Source: Octopus sinensis (taxonomy: Eukaryota). Taken from it: a DNA stretch of 64,000 nucleotides. Positions 23,891 through 37,615 of this stretch are shown here, piece by piece. The DNA is taken from positions 20,894,001 through 20,958,000 of the forward strand of contig NC_043018.1 of NCBI RefSeq assembly GCF_006345805.1, written 5' to 3'. Position numbers and translations under genes: made by a program. Position 1 is the first letter of the stretch. Each line of letters begins with the position of its first letter. The notes beneath the pieces are model-generated. The model was not told the origin of the DNA. It saw only the letters and a list, made by a program, of their open reading frames with translations, and ran no database searches.

Positions 23891-24450
23891 AGATTTAGCT
23901 TTCCTCTGTGAAATAATATGACTTTGAATATTGATTTAAAATCGATAACTAAATAAGAAAGTAATATAGCATATTCATACACCTTCACAAAACTACGCAA
24001 AGCAATTAAGAGAACGTTGGGGGGGGGGGCGGTTGTACAACCAGAGGTCAATCTTGATGAAAGCAGACCTATGATCAAAGGCATTTCAGCCGTGACCATT
24101 CCATCTTTTTCCTAGATACAAATGCACTCAGGACCATAATTATGCAGTGTATTTCCTCCTTCCATTTTCTAAGACGGTGACGATATGATTTTTAAGATTT
24201 CGCTGCTATTTCGAGCAAATCGATGGACCTCATAGAAGCTTGTTGTATATAATAATGAGAAATGTATATTTTTTATAAAGAAATCATTAGAAACACCATG
24301 ACCGATAAAATAAATATATATATTCAATCAAAGGTTAATTGATGAAGTATTGTGATGAGGTATTTTTCGTTTTATTGTATTTAATTTTTAAAAAGTGAGT
24401 CGAGAAATAAATATATAATCCAAAGATAGAAATGTCTGTTGGGGTCTTAC

Positions 24451-24708
24451 CTGGCTATCTTTGTAGTCCATCTCTAAGTTATAATCAGGAAGAACATCAT
24501 GTCTTTTATTAATGTCGTCCAAAGCCATCTTCACCGCTGGAAGACAGGCTTTACCACCGGCCCAGCCTCCAGTCATAGGGAAAATCGTACCAATTGTAAG
24601 ATTCTTATGTTTCAAAGCCGTTGTTGGAGGCATAGTTACCAAAGATAGTAACAGAATTATGGTCAACGTATAGGATGACATGAGTAACCAACGTAAAGAA
24701 CAGTACAT
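24451..24708 (-). CDS. GABBR1: GABA-B receptor subunit 1, coding exon 1 (signal peptide + start of Venus flytrap domain)
   Basis: MYCSLRWLLMSSYTLTIILLLSLVTMPPTTALKHKNLTIGTIFPMTGGWAGGKACLPAVKMALDDINKRHDVLPDYNLEMDYKDSQ, then GTAAGA donor. GGWxGGxACxPAVxMAL is the R1-type motif. An alternative ATG lies at 24681. Confidence 0.93.
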
Positions 24709-25672
24709 ATTCGAATTAGTAAGCAAAAGATGCTGAGGTTTTTTTCTTCTTCTTCTTTAGAATGTGTTGTTTAAAATAAGAACGAAGATGTCCAATATCT
24801 ATTTTGGTTTCATAGTTGTTATGGAATTACAGCATCAGGTGTGAAAAGCAACAGAAAGAATTGATAATAGGGCTAGCTGTGCTGTCTTCATAGATGACAC
24901 TTTGGTTCAAAGTAGAATAATGGTGAGGTAGTTCCAACCACTTTAAAATGCGGTCAGCAACACCTGGTTATTTCTTTGACATCTTAATTCGCAATCATAT
25001 TTGGATTTTCTTTTCTTTTTTTTAGTTTTCTTTTTAATTGCACTAATTAATTAGTCTTCTGCTTTGCTTTTCATGCAACATCTAAATTTACCTGGCCGGT
25101 CTGGCCTCCTGTCTAATTACATATCATCATAAATTGCCTTAATTACTATAAATAATAAATTATAGAAATACACGAACTACTGAGTCAAAACATCTTCGAG
25201 AAATCAATCACAATATATTCATCTGTTTTAGGTTTTGTTCTTCTGTTGTTATTTTTCGTTAAACATCTTTACAATATAAACATGATTGCCATCAGATCAC
25301 AGAAACCTGTCTCTATATTTATTTACCTGCAGGAAATTGATTTTTTGCGTAGCATTCTCTCATTAGATGAAGAAAAAAAAATATTTAAAATATCGGATTA
25401 TCTCTTACAAAAAAAAAAAAAAAGGCGTATTTCTTAATTGATCCATAATTAGGTTTTTAAAAAGAAAAACATGTCATTATAATATCCAAACAAAGAAAGG
25501 ATATTTTTCGCATTGTTTTGACCATTAATAGTTTTGCGTCACGGTTCAAAAAATCTTCTGCAACAACCAATGGTTGGTCGCTGCTACTTTCCTTCTCTCT
25601 CTCCCTCTCTGTTGCTTCTGTTCATTGATGTATTTACTTATTACAAGATTTCCTTCGCTGCGATTCTTATAT

Positions 25673-25722
<50 letters not shown>

Positions 25723-27048
25723 TAATAATAATGATAATGATAATGATGATGAAGATGATGATGGTGATGATGATCACAGCATCCAATATCTTATTTCTTC
25801 CATTTCACCGATTCCGTTAAGACACAAGGCTTCCTTATTTTACATCACGTTTGAACATAAACATATATCTGCGACGGATTAATTAATTCAGTGATCGCAC
25901 TTTAACCATCATCGATGTAGAATTTATTGAGAAACAACATCCCTATCACACACACACACACACACACATACACAATAATTGTATCCATTTGGTTATTATG
26001 ATCGATCTTCATCTCAATCTGTTGTTGTGATTTATTTATTCTATTTTAATTTTAAGAAAAATTATAGGATTTTTTTGAAAAAGGGCGGCTGCTGAAAGAT
26101 TATTTTTCTCTCTCTTTCCCACTTTTAATGTGTCCTAATTTCATTATCAGTTGGGGCATACCTACACTTTAGGGCCTCACCTGTTTCTTTATAATTTTAT
26201 AAGAAAGTATATTTTTTTAAAGGAATTTTGAAGAAATAGTATTCCGAGGGTGTAGACTCCTATTCTTAATTTGATCTAAATATCGGAGTTTTAGATTATT
26301 TGGCTACACTCCACTCCTGATTTCGCTTCCTCGTAACTCTCTTTAAAATGTAAGTTTTTAAATGGCATTCTGTACAAAAATTATTTCGAGGGTGTAGGTT
26401 ACCATTAAATTGATAAAATGTACAAAAAAAAATTGGGAGAGTTTTGAATCGATCTTTCTTGCCCTCCTGACCAATTTCTGTAACTTCAGAAATTTTAAAT
26501 TTTTATTCCCAGATTTCAATGTTTCGAACATCAAAATTGCATACACTACATTCCAATAAACGTATTTCTGAAAAATGTAACTTTAAAAATATACTCGTTT
26601 TTTTTGTTTGTTTGTTTTTTTTGAAAAAGATAGATATGAGGAAACAAAGTCGAGAAGAATGATTCCAAAACTCCTTCAAAAACTTATTTTTATTTTATGT
26701 TTCAATTATGCCTAAAAGATTAATCTTTTAATCTTTTAGGCTTAATTGAAACAGCTGTAAAAGGATATGTTGGATTCTTGCAGATAATAAATTATATTAA
26801 TGCTATATCTCCATTTTATGAATTTCCATTTATATATATATATATATATATACATGGCCGATGCCAGTGCCGCTTGACTGGTTCCCATGCCAGTAGCATG
26901 TAAAAGCATCCACTACAGTCTCAGGTGGTTGGCGTTAGGAAGAGTATCCAGCTGTAGAAGCCTTATCAAAACAAGATTGGAGCTTGGTGCAGCCTCCCAG
27001 ATTGCCAATTCTCAGTCAAACTGTCCAACCCATGTCAGCAAACGTTAA

Positions 27049-27080
<32 letters not shown>

Positions 27081-27135
27081 GGAGGTGGTGGTGGTGGTGG
27101 TGGTGGTGGTGGTGGTGGTGATGGTGATGATGATA

Positions 27136-27174
<39 letters not shown>

Positions 27175-28139
27175 TTGTTGTTGTTGTTGTTGTTGTTGTT
27201 GTATTTATAGATGATTACCTGTTACTGCCAGTCAGAGAATGACCTTTGGTTTCACACCTATAAAAATTGCTTAGCTGTATAGCCAACTTGTCAGGCTCAA
27301 GTCAGGTGTGAAACCAATGGTCACTCTCTGTCCAGAAATAACAGTTAACCTTCTGTAAAACTATTTACTACCCTAATGTTTTAGAGTGCAAATCTTTGTG
27401 GGACATATAAACTACTGATAATATATATACATATAAAGGGAAAAGGGTAAAGAACCCCTTCATTCATGAATGACCATGGGATTACACCTAAAAAGTTCCC
27501 CTACAAGGATCAAGTCTGGGCAAGATCCCACCAAAGTTATCTAAGGGAAAGGCAAAGGGGCTGATACAATTTGAGACCAGTGACGTCGCAACTCATTTCT
27601 ACAGCCGAGTGAACTGGAGCAACGTGAAAATAAAGTGTCTTGCTCAAGAACACAATACACAGCTCAGTCCAGGAATCGAACTCACTACTTCGTGATTGTG
27701 AGCCTGATGCTCTAACCACTGAGCCATTATGCACCTTCACTATAGTATCATCATCATCATCATCATCATCATCATTTAACGTCTATTGTCCATGCTGGCA
27801 TGGGTTGGACAGTTTGACTGGACTGGCACACTGGAAGACCGCACCAGACTCCAATCTGATTTGGCATGGCTTTCTATGGCTGGATGCCCTTCCTAATGCC
27901 AACTACTCCAAGAGTATAATGAGTGCTTTTACGTGCCATCGGCATGGGGCCATCTGTAGGACACTTGGCTGCCTTTACGTGCCATTTGCATAACACATAT
28001 ATCTGTATGTATATAAAATATATATAAGAACATAGGCGGAAAACATCAAAGATATCTTCTATTTTTCCTGAGTGTCAAACTAATACACCCTGTTGTTCTT
28101 TAACCTGTCTGTTTTTTTTATGCTTTTGTATAATTTTGA

Positions 28140-28273
28140 ACCACACACACACATACACGTGTATGTGTATATATGTATATGAGTGTGTGTATATATATAT
28201 ATACGTATATGTGTGTGTGTGTATGTGTGTATGTGTGTATATATATATGTGTGTGTATATATGTGTGTGTGTG

Positions 28274-28304
<31 letters not shown>

Positions 28305-28682
28305 GTATGTATATATATGTGTTTATATGTACATTAATACAATTGTTCGTTTGTTTTCCACCTGCCTTCGTCTTTTGTTTATATACATATATATATATAC
28401 GTATATATATATGTCTATATGTATATATATATGTGTGTGTATATGTACATATACATATATATATATATACGCATATATATATATGTCTATATGCATGTAT
28501 ATATATGTATATATATGTGTGTATATATATATATAATGCATATATATATATATCTATGTATATATATATGTATATATAACATGTGTATAATATATATATA
28601 TGTATATATATTATATATTATATAATATATTTATATAAGCATACATGTGTGTGTGCATGTATATATATATATACACACACAC
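28140..28682. repeat. Compound (TA)n/(TG)n microsatellite
   Basis: Seen directly in the sequence. Confidence 0.95.
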
Positions 28683-29237
28683 AAACCAGAAGATAATTGA
28701 ATAAATAAGAATAACGCAATAAAAACTTGTTCACAAAATGTGAAAAAAAATAAAGAAAGAAATTAAGTCAAATTAAATTCAGGAAAAATATTTTTATTCA
28801 GGGAAATTTAGATATTCAACAAACTAAATATTAGTGGCGGTGGTGGTGGTGGTGGTGGGGGGTACATATGTAACTGGGCGAGGGGGAGGGATGAAGGAAA
28901 GAAAGAAAGAAAGAACAAGATGGCTGCATGGAAAGCCTCTTGTGTGAAGATAAATGATATGGCCAGACTTCAAGTAGAACTATTCTTACAACTTGTGGAA
29001 TTATAATAGCAATAAATGTCAAGTTAGCTTGTTATGATTGGAGTAATGTTATTTAGTAACCACTAACAAGATAAATATTCGTACTATTTATTCTGTATCT
29101 TCTGACCATCTCCCAGCATTTTATCTTCTGTTGCAATTCAGCTTTCCTTTTCTTCTTATTATAAGAAGAAGAATAACAATAATGGAAGAAAAATTATTTT
29201 TCTGGCCATGTTTTTCTCCTCCAGCTTTCAATCTTAA

Positions 29238-29635
29238 TCTTTATATATAAAAGAGAGGTTGTGTGTCTGTCTGTCTCCTACGATTTAGATTCCTAACTAC
29301 TGCCACATTTTGCGGTGCAGTTTAACCAAAACCGGGGGTATTTATAGTCGTGATTCATATCGAGCCCTTCGGGGTATTAGCGCGCGTCTACGATGAGTCT
29401 ACGATTTTTAAAAAAATTTACCATCAATTTTCCCCTTTTTAATGCATTTTTGGCATATATAAGGGAGTAACTCTCTAAAAATTATTATTAAATCTCAGAA
29501 CGTAAAAAGCTACAGTAACACCCCCCCCCCTTTGTGGTTAGCCATATTGAGATGGCTATTATACTTTACATCTCTAAAAATGCTTATATAGTTATTTCCC
29601 TTACAAACCCGAACAACGCCGGGCGATACTGCTAG
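29238..29635 (+). mobile_element. Non-autonomous Helitron-like element, family H1
   Basis: A|TC start, subterminal CCCG..CGGG hairpin, CTAG|T end. Confidence 0.85.
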
Positions 29636-29859
29636 TATAATATAAAAATTTCTTTGTGTTCTCTGTCTGTTTTTAAAATAAACACATCTGCAAAGAATCT
29701 CTCTTGTTTTTAAGTATTTATACTGTGGTTGTGTATTTGGGAACTTTACAACCCAGTAGCATGGTTTCTGCTTCAGCCCCAATGCACCGTCACCTCAAGT
29801 AATTATCGTCCATAGCCAACGGTCAACTAAGGCTTTTAAGGCTTTGTGAAGGAAGCCTG

Positions 29860-29913
29860 TGTGTGTGTGTGTGTGTGTGTGCAGATAGATAGATACATAG
29901 GTAGGTAGGTAGG

Positions 29914-29952
<39 letters not shown>

Positions 29953-29972
29953 CTATAGATAGATAGATAGCT

Positions 29973-30049
<77 letters not shown>

Positions 30050-30094
30050 GAGATAGCGATAGATAGATAGATAAATAGCGATAGATAGATAGAT
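29860..30094. repeat. (TG)n + (GATA)n microsatellite
   Basis: Seen directly in the sequence. Confidence 0.95.
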
Positions 30095-30297
30095 CAAAAC
30101 GTGCTGGTACTACATAAAAAATGCCCATGCTAGTGCCATGTAAAAGGCAGCCAGTACACTCTGTAAAGTGGTTTCCATTAAGAAGAGCATCCAGTCACAG
30201 AAACCATTCCAGAACATACAAAACCTGATGCAGCTCTCTGACTAGCCAGCTCCTATCAAATCATCCAACCCATGCCAGCATAGAAAACAAACATTAA

Positions 30298-30332
<35 letters not shown>

Positions 30333-30625
30333 ATATCAAAACAGCAGACCAGAAAAATTGTGAATTTTTAAAAATATATTCTTAATTCCATGTCTTTTCC
30401 CAGTTTTCTGTTTCGATATGTAATTACTACAAATTCCAATTGTTATGTATATATCTCATCCAAAATTGCATTTGGTGAAATTTGGTGAGGCAGAATGTCT
30501 GCAACTGGATGTCCTTCCTGTCACTAACCCTCGACTGTTTTCAAGCAAGGTAATATTTCCCCATGGCCAGACATTCCTTTTTTCCTAGAAGACTGCAAAA
30601 GCAAACATCATTTGTATGACAATAC

Positions 30626-30981
30626 TCTTACTCTTTACTCTTTTACTCTTTTACTCTTTTACTCTTTTACTTGTTTCAGTCAGTTGACTGCGGCCATGCT
30701 GGAGCACCGCCTTGAGTCGAGCAAATCGACCCCAAGACTTATTCTTTGTAAGCCCAGTACTTATTCTATCAGTCTCTTTTGCCGAACTGCTAAGTGACGG
30801 AGACATAAACACACCAGCATCGGTTGTCAAACAATGCTAGGGGGACAAACACAGACACTCAAACATACACACACACATATATATACATATATACATGTAT
30901 ACGACGGGCTTCTTTCAGTTTCCGTCTACCAAATCCACTCACAAGGCTTTGGTCGGCCTGAGGCTATAGTAGAAGACACTT
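30626..30981 (-). mobile_element. SINE family A
   Basis: Reverse-complement match; head truncated. Confidence 0.85.
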
Positions 30982-32565
30982 GATGCACATTTTTAACAAT
31001 CACCCCAAACAACTTAGAATAAAAAGTGTGGAGTGCAAAAATCTTGTAAGCAAAATACTGGTTTAAAATCTTGGCACAAGGCCAGCAAATTTGAGGGTGG
31101 GGTTAAGTCAATTACATCAACCCCCAGCAGTCAAATGGTACTTCCTTCGTCAACTCTCCCCCCAACAGCGGTCAAATGGCACTTCGATCAAATTCCACCA
31201 AAGCCAATTTTGCCTTTCATCCTTTCAGGAACAATATCCCCTCCTACTGAAATTTCAGGTCCTGTGTATTTAGTAGAAAGGATATTTAGAGTTTTGATAA
31301 AATATTAAAATTCTGTATTTTGGTAGAAGAAAGAAACAAACTTGTTTTGTTCTTCTATTTGTTTCAGTCATTTAATAATTAACCCAGCGCATTCTGTGTT
31401 CTCCCTTATCCTTGTCAACAATGGGGGCCAATTTAGTCAACTCAGACCCTCCTCTGAAATTGATAGCCTAATGCCAAAATCTGAAACCATTATTTACAGA
31501 ATTAGCCTGAGAACTTTTTGATAGCACCTTGTAGAGCTGCATCTAATTTGAGTTCTGCCATTAAAAATAATTTATTTCATGTCTCACAAAGATTTTAAAT
31601 TCCTATAATGTAAACATCTTATTCTCACTGGTAAGAAAAAAGCTTCTAAAATCGATGGTGAAAATTCGAAGTGTTACTTTGGTATAATTTTTAGCATGTC
31701 AGTCACGTTTACAGATGTAGTTTCGAGCTGTGGACAGCCTTCTACATTTTTTCACATCCAAGGAGGCATGCTTTTCTAAGTCAATATTCTACACACTTAT
31801 TTATTGCTTTATTTCCCTCTCAAGTTTTACCTTAAAAATAATTTACTTCATATCTCTTTAAGTGTCTGAATTCTTAGTGTAAATAAACGATTTACAATTT
31901 TCAGTTAAAAGAATAAAGTTTCTTAAATGGCTGACAATAAATCAAAAGATTTCTTTGGTCAAATGGTTTGCATGTTTACAGCAGATGTAAGTTCAGATTT
32001 CATAGGCAGCCTTCTAAATTTTTCTCCATCCAGTGGTGGAATAGGGTCTTTTTTTTAAAAACTTAATTTTCTACATGCTATCTCTCAATTTTCCTAAATC
32101 TCTCAAATTTCTCTCAATTTTCCTAAAGATTTTATTGTGTCTAGGGAAGGTCATTATGCCAATATTATTAACACATGCACTGGTTCTATTTCACTTCTTT
32201 ATTCAATGAAAAAGTTTCAAGTAGCAACAAAAGTTTTGACAAACAAAAACGACTTACTGTTTAACCAAATTAAACAAACAATTGATTAACCAGTTGGGTA
32301 TTTAAACAATTGACCAACAATAAAAGAGTGGAATTGAACCGGTGCGTGTGTTAATATTGGTATAATGACTCTCCCTAGATATAACAAAATTTGTTTCAAC
32401 GCACGAATTCACATAAAGAATCCTTGCAAACCGAAGTGCAATATTCATTCGCATAAATGGCATTGATCAACAACAGATAAAATAAGCATGAACAGTGGAA
32501 TTCAGTATGAACGTCTGTTAAGAAATAGTAAAGGAGTTTTATTACATATATAACATGTATGTATA

Positions 32566-32963
32566 TCTTTATATATAAAAGTGAAGTTGTGTGTCTGTCT
32601 CCTATGATTTAGATTCCTAACTACTCCCACATTTTGCGGTGCAGTTTAACCAAAACCGGGTATCTTATAGTCATGATTCATATCGAGCCCTTCTGGGTAT
32701 TAGCGCGCGTCTACGATGAGTGTACGATTTTTAAAAAAATTTGCCATCATTTTTTTCCATTTTAATGCATTTTTTCGCTATTATATAAGGGAAGTAACTC
32801 TCTAAAAATGTCTACGATGAGTCAACGATTTTTAAAAATTTACTATCATTTTTTTCCCATTTTTAATGCATTTTTTTTGCTACTTTTTGGCTATAACTCT
32901 CTAAAAATGCTTATGTAGTTATTTCCCTTACAAATCCCGAGCAACGCCGGGCGATACTGCTAG
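32566..32963 (+). mobile_element. Helitron-like element H1
   Basis: Same termini and body as 29238-29635. Confidence 0.85.
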
Positions 32964-34489
32964 TATGATATATAAATAATACAAAACCACATTATACAGA
33001 GGTAAATATGTATGAAGTAAAATATCCGTAAGTATGCATATGTAAGCTTGCATTTGTGTGTATAAACTCAGAACGAAAGACGAGAGTGTTTGGTATAAAC
33101 TACACAAGTATATCCTCCGTCCCAGCCAACTTTGGAAAATTATAAATTTTATTTTTAAAAAAATATTCATTTAACAAACTTCAGAAGGAAAATGGTAAAA
33201 CTGTCAAGGACGGCGCAAGGAAGTTTGGGGCCCAATTAGAGAATTGTCAATGGGGCCCTCGACTCTACAAAAGTTGAAGGTTGATGTTTTATGCTTCGTG
33301 TAGTACGCTAGTCCCGGCCAAAATGCGTTGAGGACTCGAGGTTCCAACATCATCCACAATGTTGTACTAAAAGTTCATCAGATGGTCCTCCACTCGAGCG
33401 TGCGGGCCCAGTTTGAACAAATCTGTCTAATTAGCTTAAAACTGGCCCTGGGAATATTTCTGGAAATTAATTGTTCTTTTCTTGTTTGTTTGTTTGTGTA
33501 CTTTTTTCTTTTTGCAACAATTTATTCTACATCAAAACATATGAGGAAACAAAGTCAAAGTGCATGAAATATCTGCTAACCTCTCCCCATTTTATTTCTC
33601 TTTTCACATTAAATTCCAATTTAATCGGAATCTATACCATGCGAAAGGTATTTATAGAAAGATTTATATTAAAAAAAAATACCCCTTTTTTAAAGCTATG
33701 AGGAAATGAAATCAAGGCATGTGAATTATCTAAAATTCCTCTATCCACCTTTCTGGAAAAGCATTTTCTCGTTAAATTCTGATATAATCGTAAACTACAC
33801 CATTTGAAAGATATTTGTAGAAAATTACTCTAAGAAAAAACATTTTTAAGAAAGTCATGAGTAAAGAAATATGGAGAGTGGCAGACTTGTAAAGGTATAC
33901 CAAATGTTCTTCGTTTTTTGTGTCCAAAGTTGTTTGTAAGAGAAAGAATTGTGAGATGGGTGAGAGAAAATTCTTTTCACAGCATTCAAGTTGGCTATAA
34001 AGCCCTCCCATGTTATGACAATCTATTAAGAAGATGATAAAACCAGGTTATTTATTAAGTTTAAATATGACGGAAAGAAATGCGCACAGAGGTGTGAAAA
34101 GTAACCATTCTCTTGGCTGAAAACAAAATGATCTCAACTATATCTCTGGGCATAACTACAGAAGTGTGCCCTCTCCCTGTGTTTCTCTGGGCATAACTAC
34201 AGAAGTGTGCCCTCTCCCTAATTGTGTTTCTCCATAACTTTCAGAAAAATGGACATTTTTTTTTTTCTAATGAAATTTTCTACAATTGTCTTTCGGGTAA
34301 TGTAGATTCTAATTTTATTGGAATTTATGGTGGAAAACTTTTTCAGGGGCGGGGTAAAGAGAAGAGTTTCGAATAACTAAATTTGCCTTAACTTTGTGTC
34401 TTCGTAACTCCCAGAAAATCGGTATTTTTCAATGAAATTTTCTTAAATACTTTTCGGATGGTGTAGCTTATAATTATATTGGAATTTAA

Positions 34490-34515
34490 TGTGTGTGTGT
34501 GTATATACATACATA

Positions 34516-34594
<79 letters not shown>

Positions 34595-34869
34595 GGTCTT
34601 CTAAATGTTTCACGTTCTTGTCCCAGTTTGTATTTTTTTACATATATATATATATATATCATCATCGTTTAACGTCCGCTTTCCATGCTAGCATGGGTTA
34701 TATATATATATATATATACATACATATATACATACATATATTCATACATATATACATACATACATATACATACATACATACATGCATATATACATACATA
34801 CATACATATATTCATACATATATACATGCATACATACATACCACACATATACGTACATATATACATACA

Positions 34870-34903
<34 letters not shown>

Positions 34904-35004
34904 CATACATATATACATACATACATATATACATTCATACATATATACATACATATATACATACATACATACATACATACACACACATACATACATACAT
35001 ACAT

Positions 35005-35035
<31 letters not shown>

Positions 35036-35130
35036 TACATACATACATACATATACATACATACATACATACATACATACATACAACATACATACATACA
35101 TACATATACATACATATATTGGGTGTATAC
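34490..35130. repeat. Compound (TA)n/(TACA)n microsatellite
   Basis: Seen directly in the sequence. Confidence 0.95.
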
Positions 35131-36748
35131 ATACATACTGACACATCACATAATTTTTTTTCAAAATTTCAAGTTTCTTATAAAATATTAAATATGGGGT
35201 GCTTACGCTTTATCCCCACCACACACACAAATAAATATATATATATATATAATATATGAATGAGAACAAGAAGAAAATATAGAAATTGGCATGAAGACAT
35301 CAGTTTATTCAAAGATATTCAAATCCATATAATGAAATTTCTGTCCTGCAGCTGTTTTCATTTCCAATTAGTTCAATTAGTACAAAAAATTAATTTCAAT
35401 TAACTCAATTTAAATTTTCATAATGAAACTAGTTAATTGGGTATTTCATCAGGGAAGAATTTTCCCCAGAAGAGAGTTACATTTCAACGTGTTGGTTGAA
35501 AAGATTTATGTGTGTCAGTCTGCATTTTTTTCTCCCACACATTGAATTCCGACATAATCGTAATCTGCACCATTTGAAAGGTATCTGAAGAAAATTTCAT
35601 CAGAAAATATCATTTTTTCTGAAAGTTATGAGGAAACAAAGTCAGTAGGGGTTATAATTCTGTATGTATGCCTGAGTGTGACTCAAGGGGGTCCTTTTAA
35701 TTGGTGTATAATCCATCACTTATGGTTTGAAGGAAATTCCAGTTTTTAAATGAAGATATAAGATATAGATAGAAGTCATTGACTGCTACAGGTAGCTTAT
35801 AAATGGAATTTGAATTTCATACTTAAAAATGGAAAAAGTTTTTTAATTATTGCAGAAAAACCGGCATCTTTGTTAATATATCGATTTTTGTTTACAAATC
35901 AATTGACCAGTAATTTATTTATTTTACAATTACAAAACACATAAATAAATAAAAGTTCGGCGGAAATTTTTGGAAATTCTGTCCTTCGAAATCCCACACA
36001 GCACAAGAAAGGGAAACAGTCTTTTGAGGAAGGGGTAACTTTTTCCCCACACCCTCTCCTCATTTATTTATGTGGTGTGGAGAGCCCCCAGACCCACAGT
36101 TTAATGTTCCCTTATTTTCAAACACAGGAATTACAGTTTTAGAAAATACTATTTCCCCAAAATTCCAAAACTCTGCTGAAAGTTCCATCGCATCTGAAAC
36201 AAACATAAACTTTCAAATTCTTTCATAGGTTTTGAGTTTTTTTTTTTTGCCCCCACTTGTTGTATTTGCTTTTGTTTGTTATTTCACAGCCTCACACTGT
36301 AATTAGCTGGCACTAATTATTAGGTGCGATCATTGTTTCTAATTTAGTCCTTTTTAAAGACTTAATCTTTAAGTCTGTCTCTTTTGTGATGCTATTTTCA
36401 GATTAGTATATTTAAAGTGGATATAAATAAAACTAAATTAGCATGGATATAACTAAATTGATGGCACAAAAGATGCACGGAGATATAAGACATATCCGAA
36501 AGTTAGCAACACATATTAAGGTGGTAAAAAAAAGTTTTTAAGTACATTAAAGTATGTAATATCAGCTCAACTTTACATAAAGGACGGACACGAGGTGGGT
36601 TTTTTTTGAGACATTGTTTGGGGGAACAACGTCTTATAAACCATCAAATTCGATAACTGATTTAGTTATAAACTCTAGTTTATTACGATTGATAAATGGT
36701 AAACTGTTTTGAGCTTAAAAAAGGAAACAAAACAACATACCCCAGTTT

Positions 36749-37615
36749 TCAAACAAGAAAGATGATGAGAAGGGCAAAAAGACCCGAATAAAATAAAAGC
36801 GCAAAAATGATTCCAACGATGTATAAAACTGTAGCTATCCGAGCGGACTTTTTCGCCTTTTCAGGGTAGTTTTCTCTGAAGAGATGATCGGAATTTGTCA
36901 TATAATATACTCCAGGACAACAACAGAGATAAAAGAAAATTAAGCACGGACACCACAGAGCAGAGTGGATTTTGTAATTGAGATCATTGAAAGGATTTTC
37001 CAAAATTTTGGTCGTAGAAGTAGTTGAAGTGGTTGAAGTGTCTGAAATTTCCGATTCTAATCGTTTAAATTTCGACCCCTCGACAAATACATCGTCTTCA
37101 AAAGAACTTGATGTCGCTTGTGCCAATGGTACATGACGGTTACTTTGACAAGACATAGATCTCTCAATTTGATAATCGTTTGAAATCGATTCCGAATGTT
37201 TTCGAACTGTTTCGGTGTTAGATTCCCTGGGCTCGTAGCGGTTCTTATAGAATCGGTAAGAATCCAGTCTATCTCTTTGAATAGCCACATGATAGTTACC
37301 CTTAACGCTTTTGTTCATCGAAGTGTTTCTTGCTTTCCGTATTGGGATACGTTCAGCTTCTTCAGAATTCATTCTTTCTAAAATAGGGATTTCGTTACTG
37401 GAATTCGATGTACCCGAAGGTATTTTCAAAATAACTTCGTCTTTCTGTGATAAGGAAGACTGTTTTCGATCTAATCCTGGTAAACTGGTAGAAGATTCTC
37501 CAACCTGTTGAGCGGAATTGGTAAATGATTCCGTCTTTCGGTTATCCTTTGGTTCTTGATAATTTTTTTGTTCCTCATTTTTCTTTGTATTACTTTCTTC
37601 TTCTTTTCTTTCCAT
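36749..37615 (-). CDS. Intronless 288-aa protein: long low-complexity N-terminus plus C-terminal two-hydrophobic-segment CD225/dispanin-like domain
   Basis: 867-nt open frame from ATG to TGA in AT-rich DNA. The C-terminus NPFNDLNYKIHSALWCPCLIFFYLCCCPGVYY...EKAKKSARIATVLYIVGIIFALLFYSGLFALLIIFLV resembles the PRRT/SynDIG/IFITM layout. Family call made by eye. Confidence 0.75.
   Translation of the reverse strand: MERKEEESNTKKNEEQKNYQEPKDNRKTESFTNSAQQVGESSTSLPGLDRKQSSLSQKDEVILKIPSGTSNSSNEIPILERMNSEEAERIPIRKARNTSMNKSVKGNYHVAIQRDRLDSYRFYKNRYEPRESNTETVRKHSESISNDYQIERSMSCQSNRHVPLAQATSSSFEDDVFVEGSKFKRLESEISDTSTTSTTSTTKILENPFNDLNYKIHSALWCPCLIFFYLCCCPGVYYMTNSDHLFRENYPEKAKKSARIATVLYIVGIIFALLFYSGLFALLIIFLV

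Noticed and set aside
24709-24726. TTG-initiated N-terminal extension of GABBR1 from the ORF track
   Set aside because: Non-AUG start is an ORF-caller convention; in-frame ATGs at 24708 and 24681 give a normal signal peptide.
33204-33449. hAT-type MITE (CAAGGACGG...CTGGCCCTG)
   Set aside because: Termini match poorly and no 8-bp TSD is visible.
23281-35259. Many HTYI/CVYM/IYLS-repeat ORFs (23281-24099, 28136-28625, 29795-30128, 34489-35259)
   Set aside because: Microsatellite translations.
24451-37615. GABBR1-dispanin linkage as an echo of human GABBR1/PRRT1 on chromosome 6p
   Set aside because: The human genes are megabases apart and orthology of this ORF to PRRT1 is unproven; too speculative.
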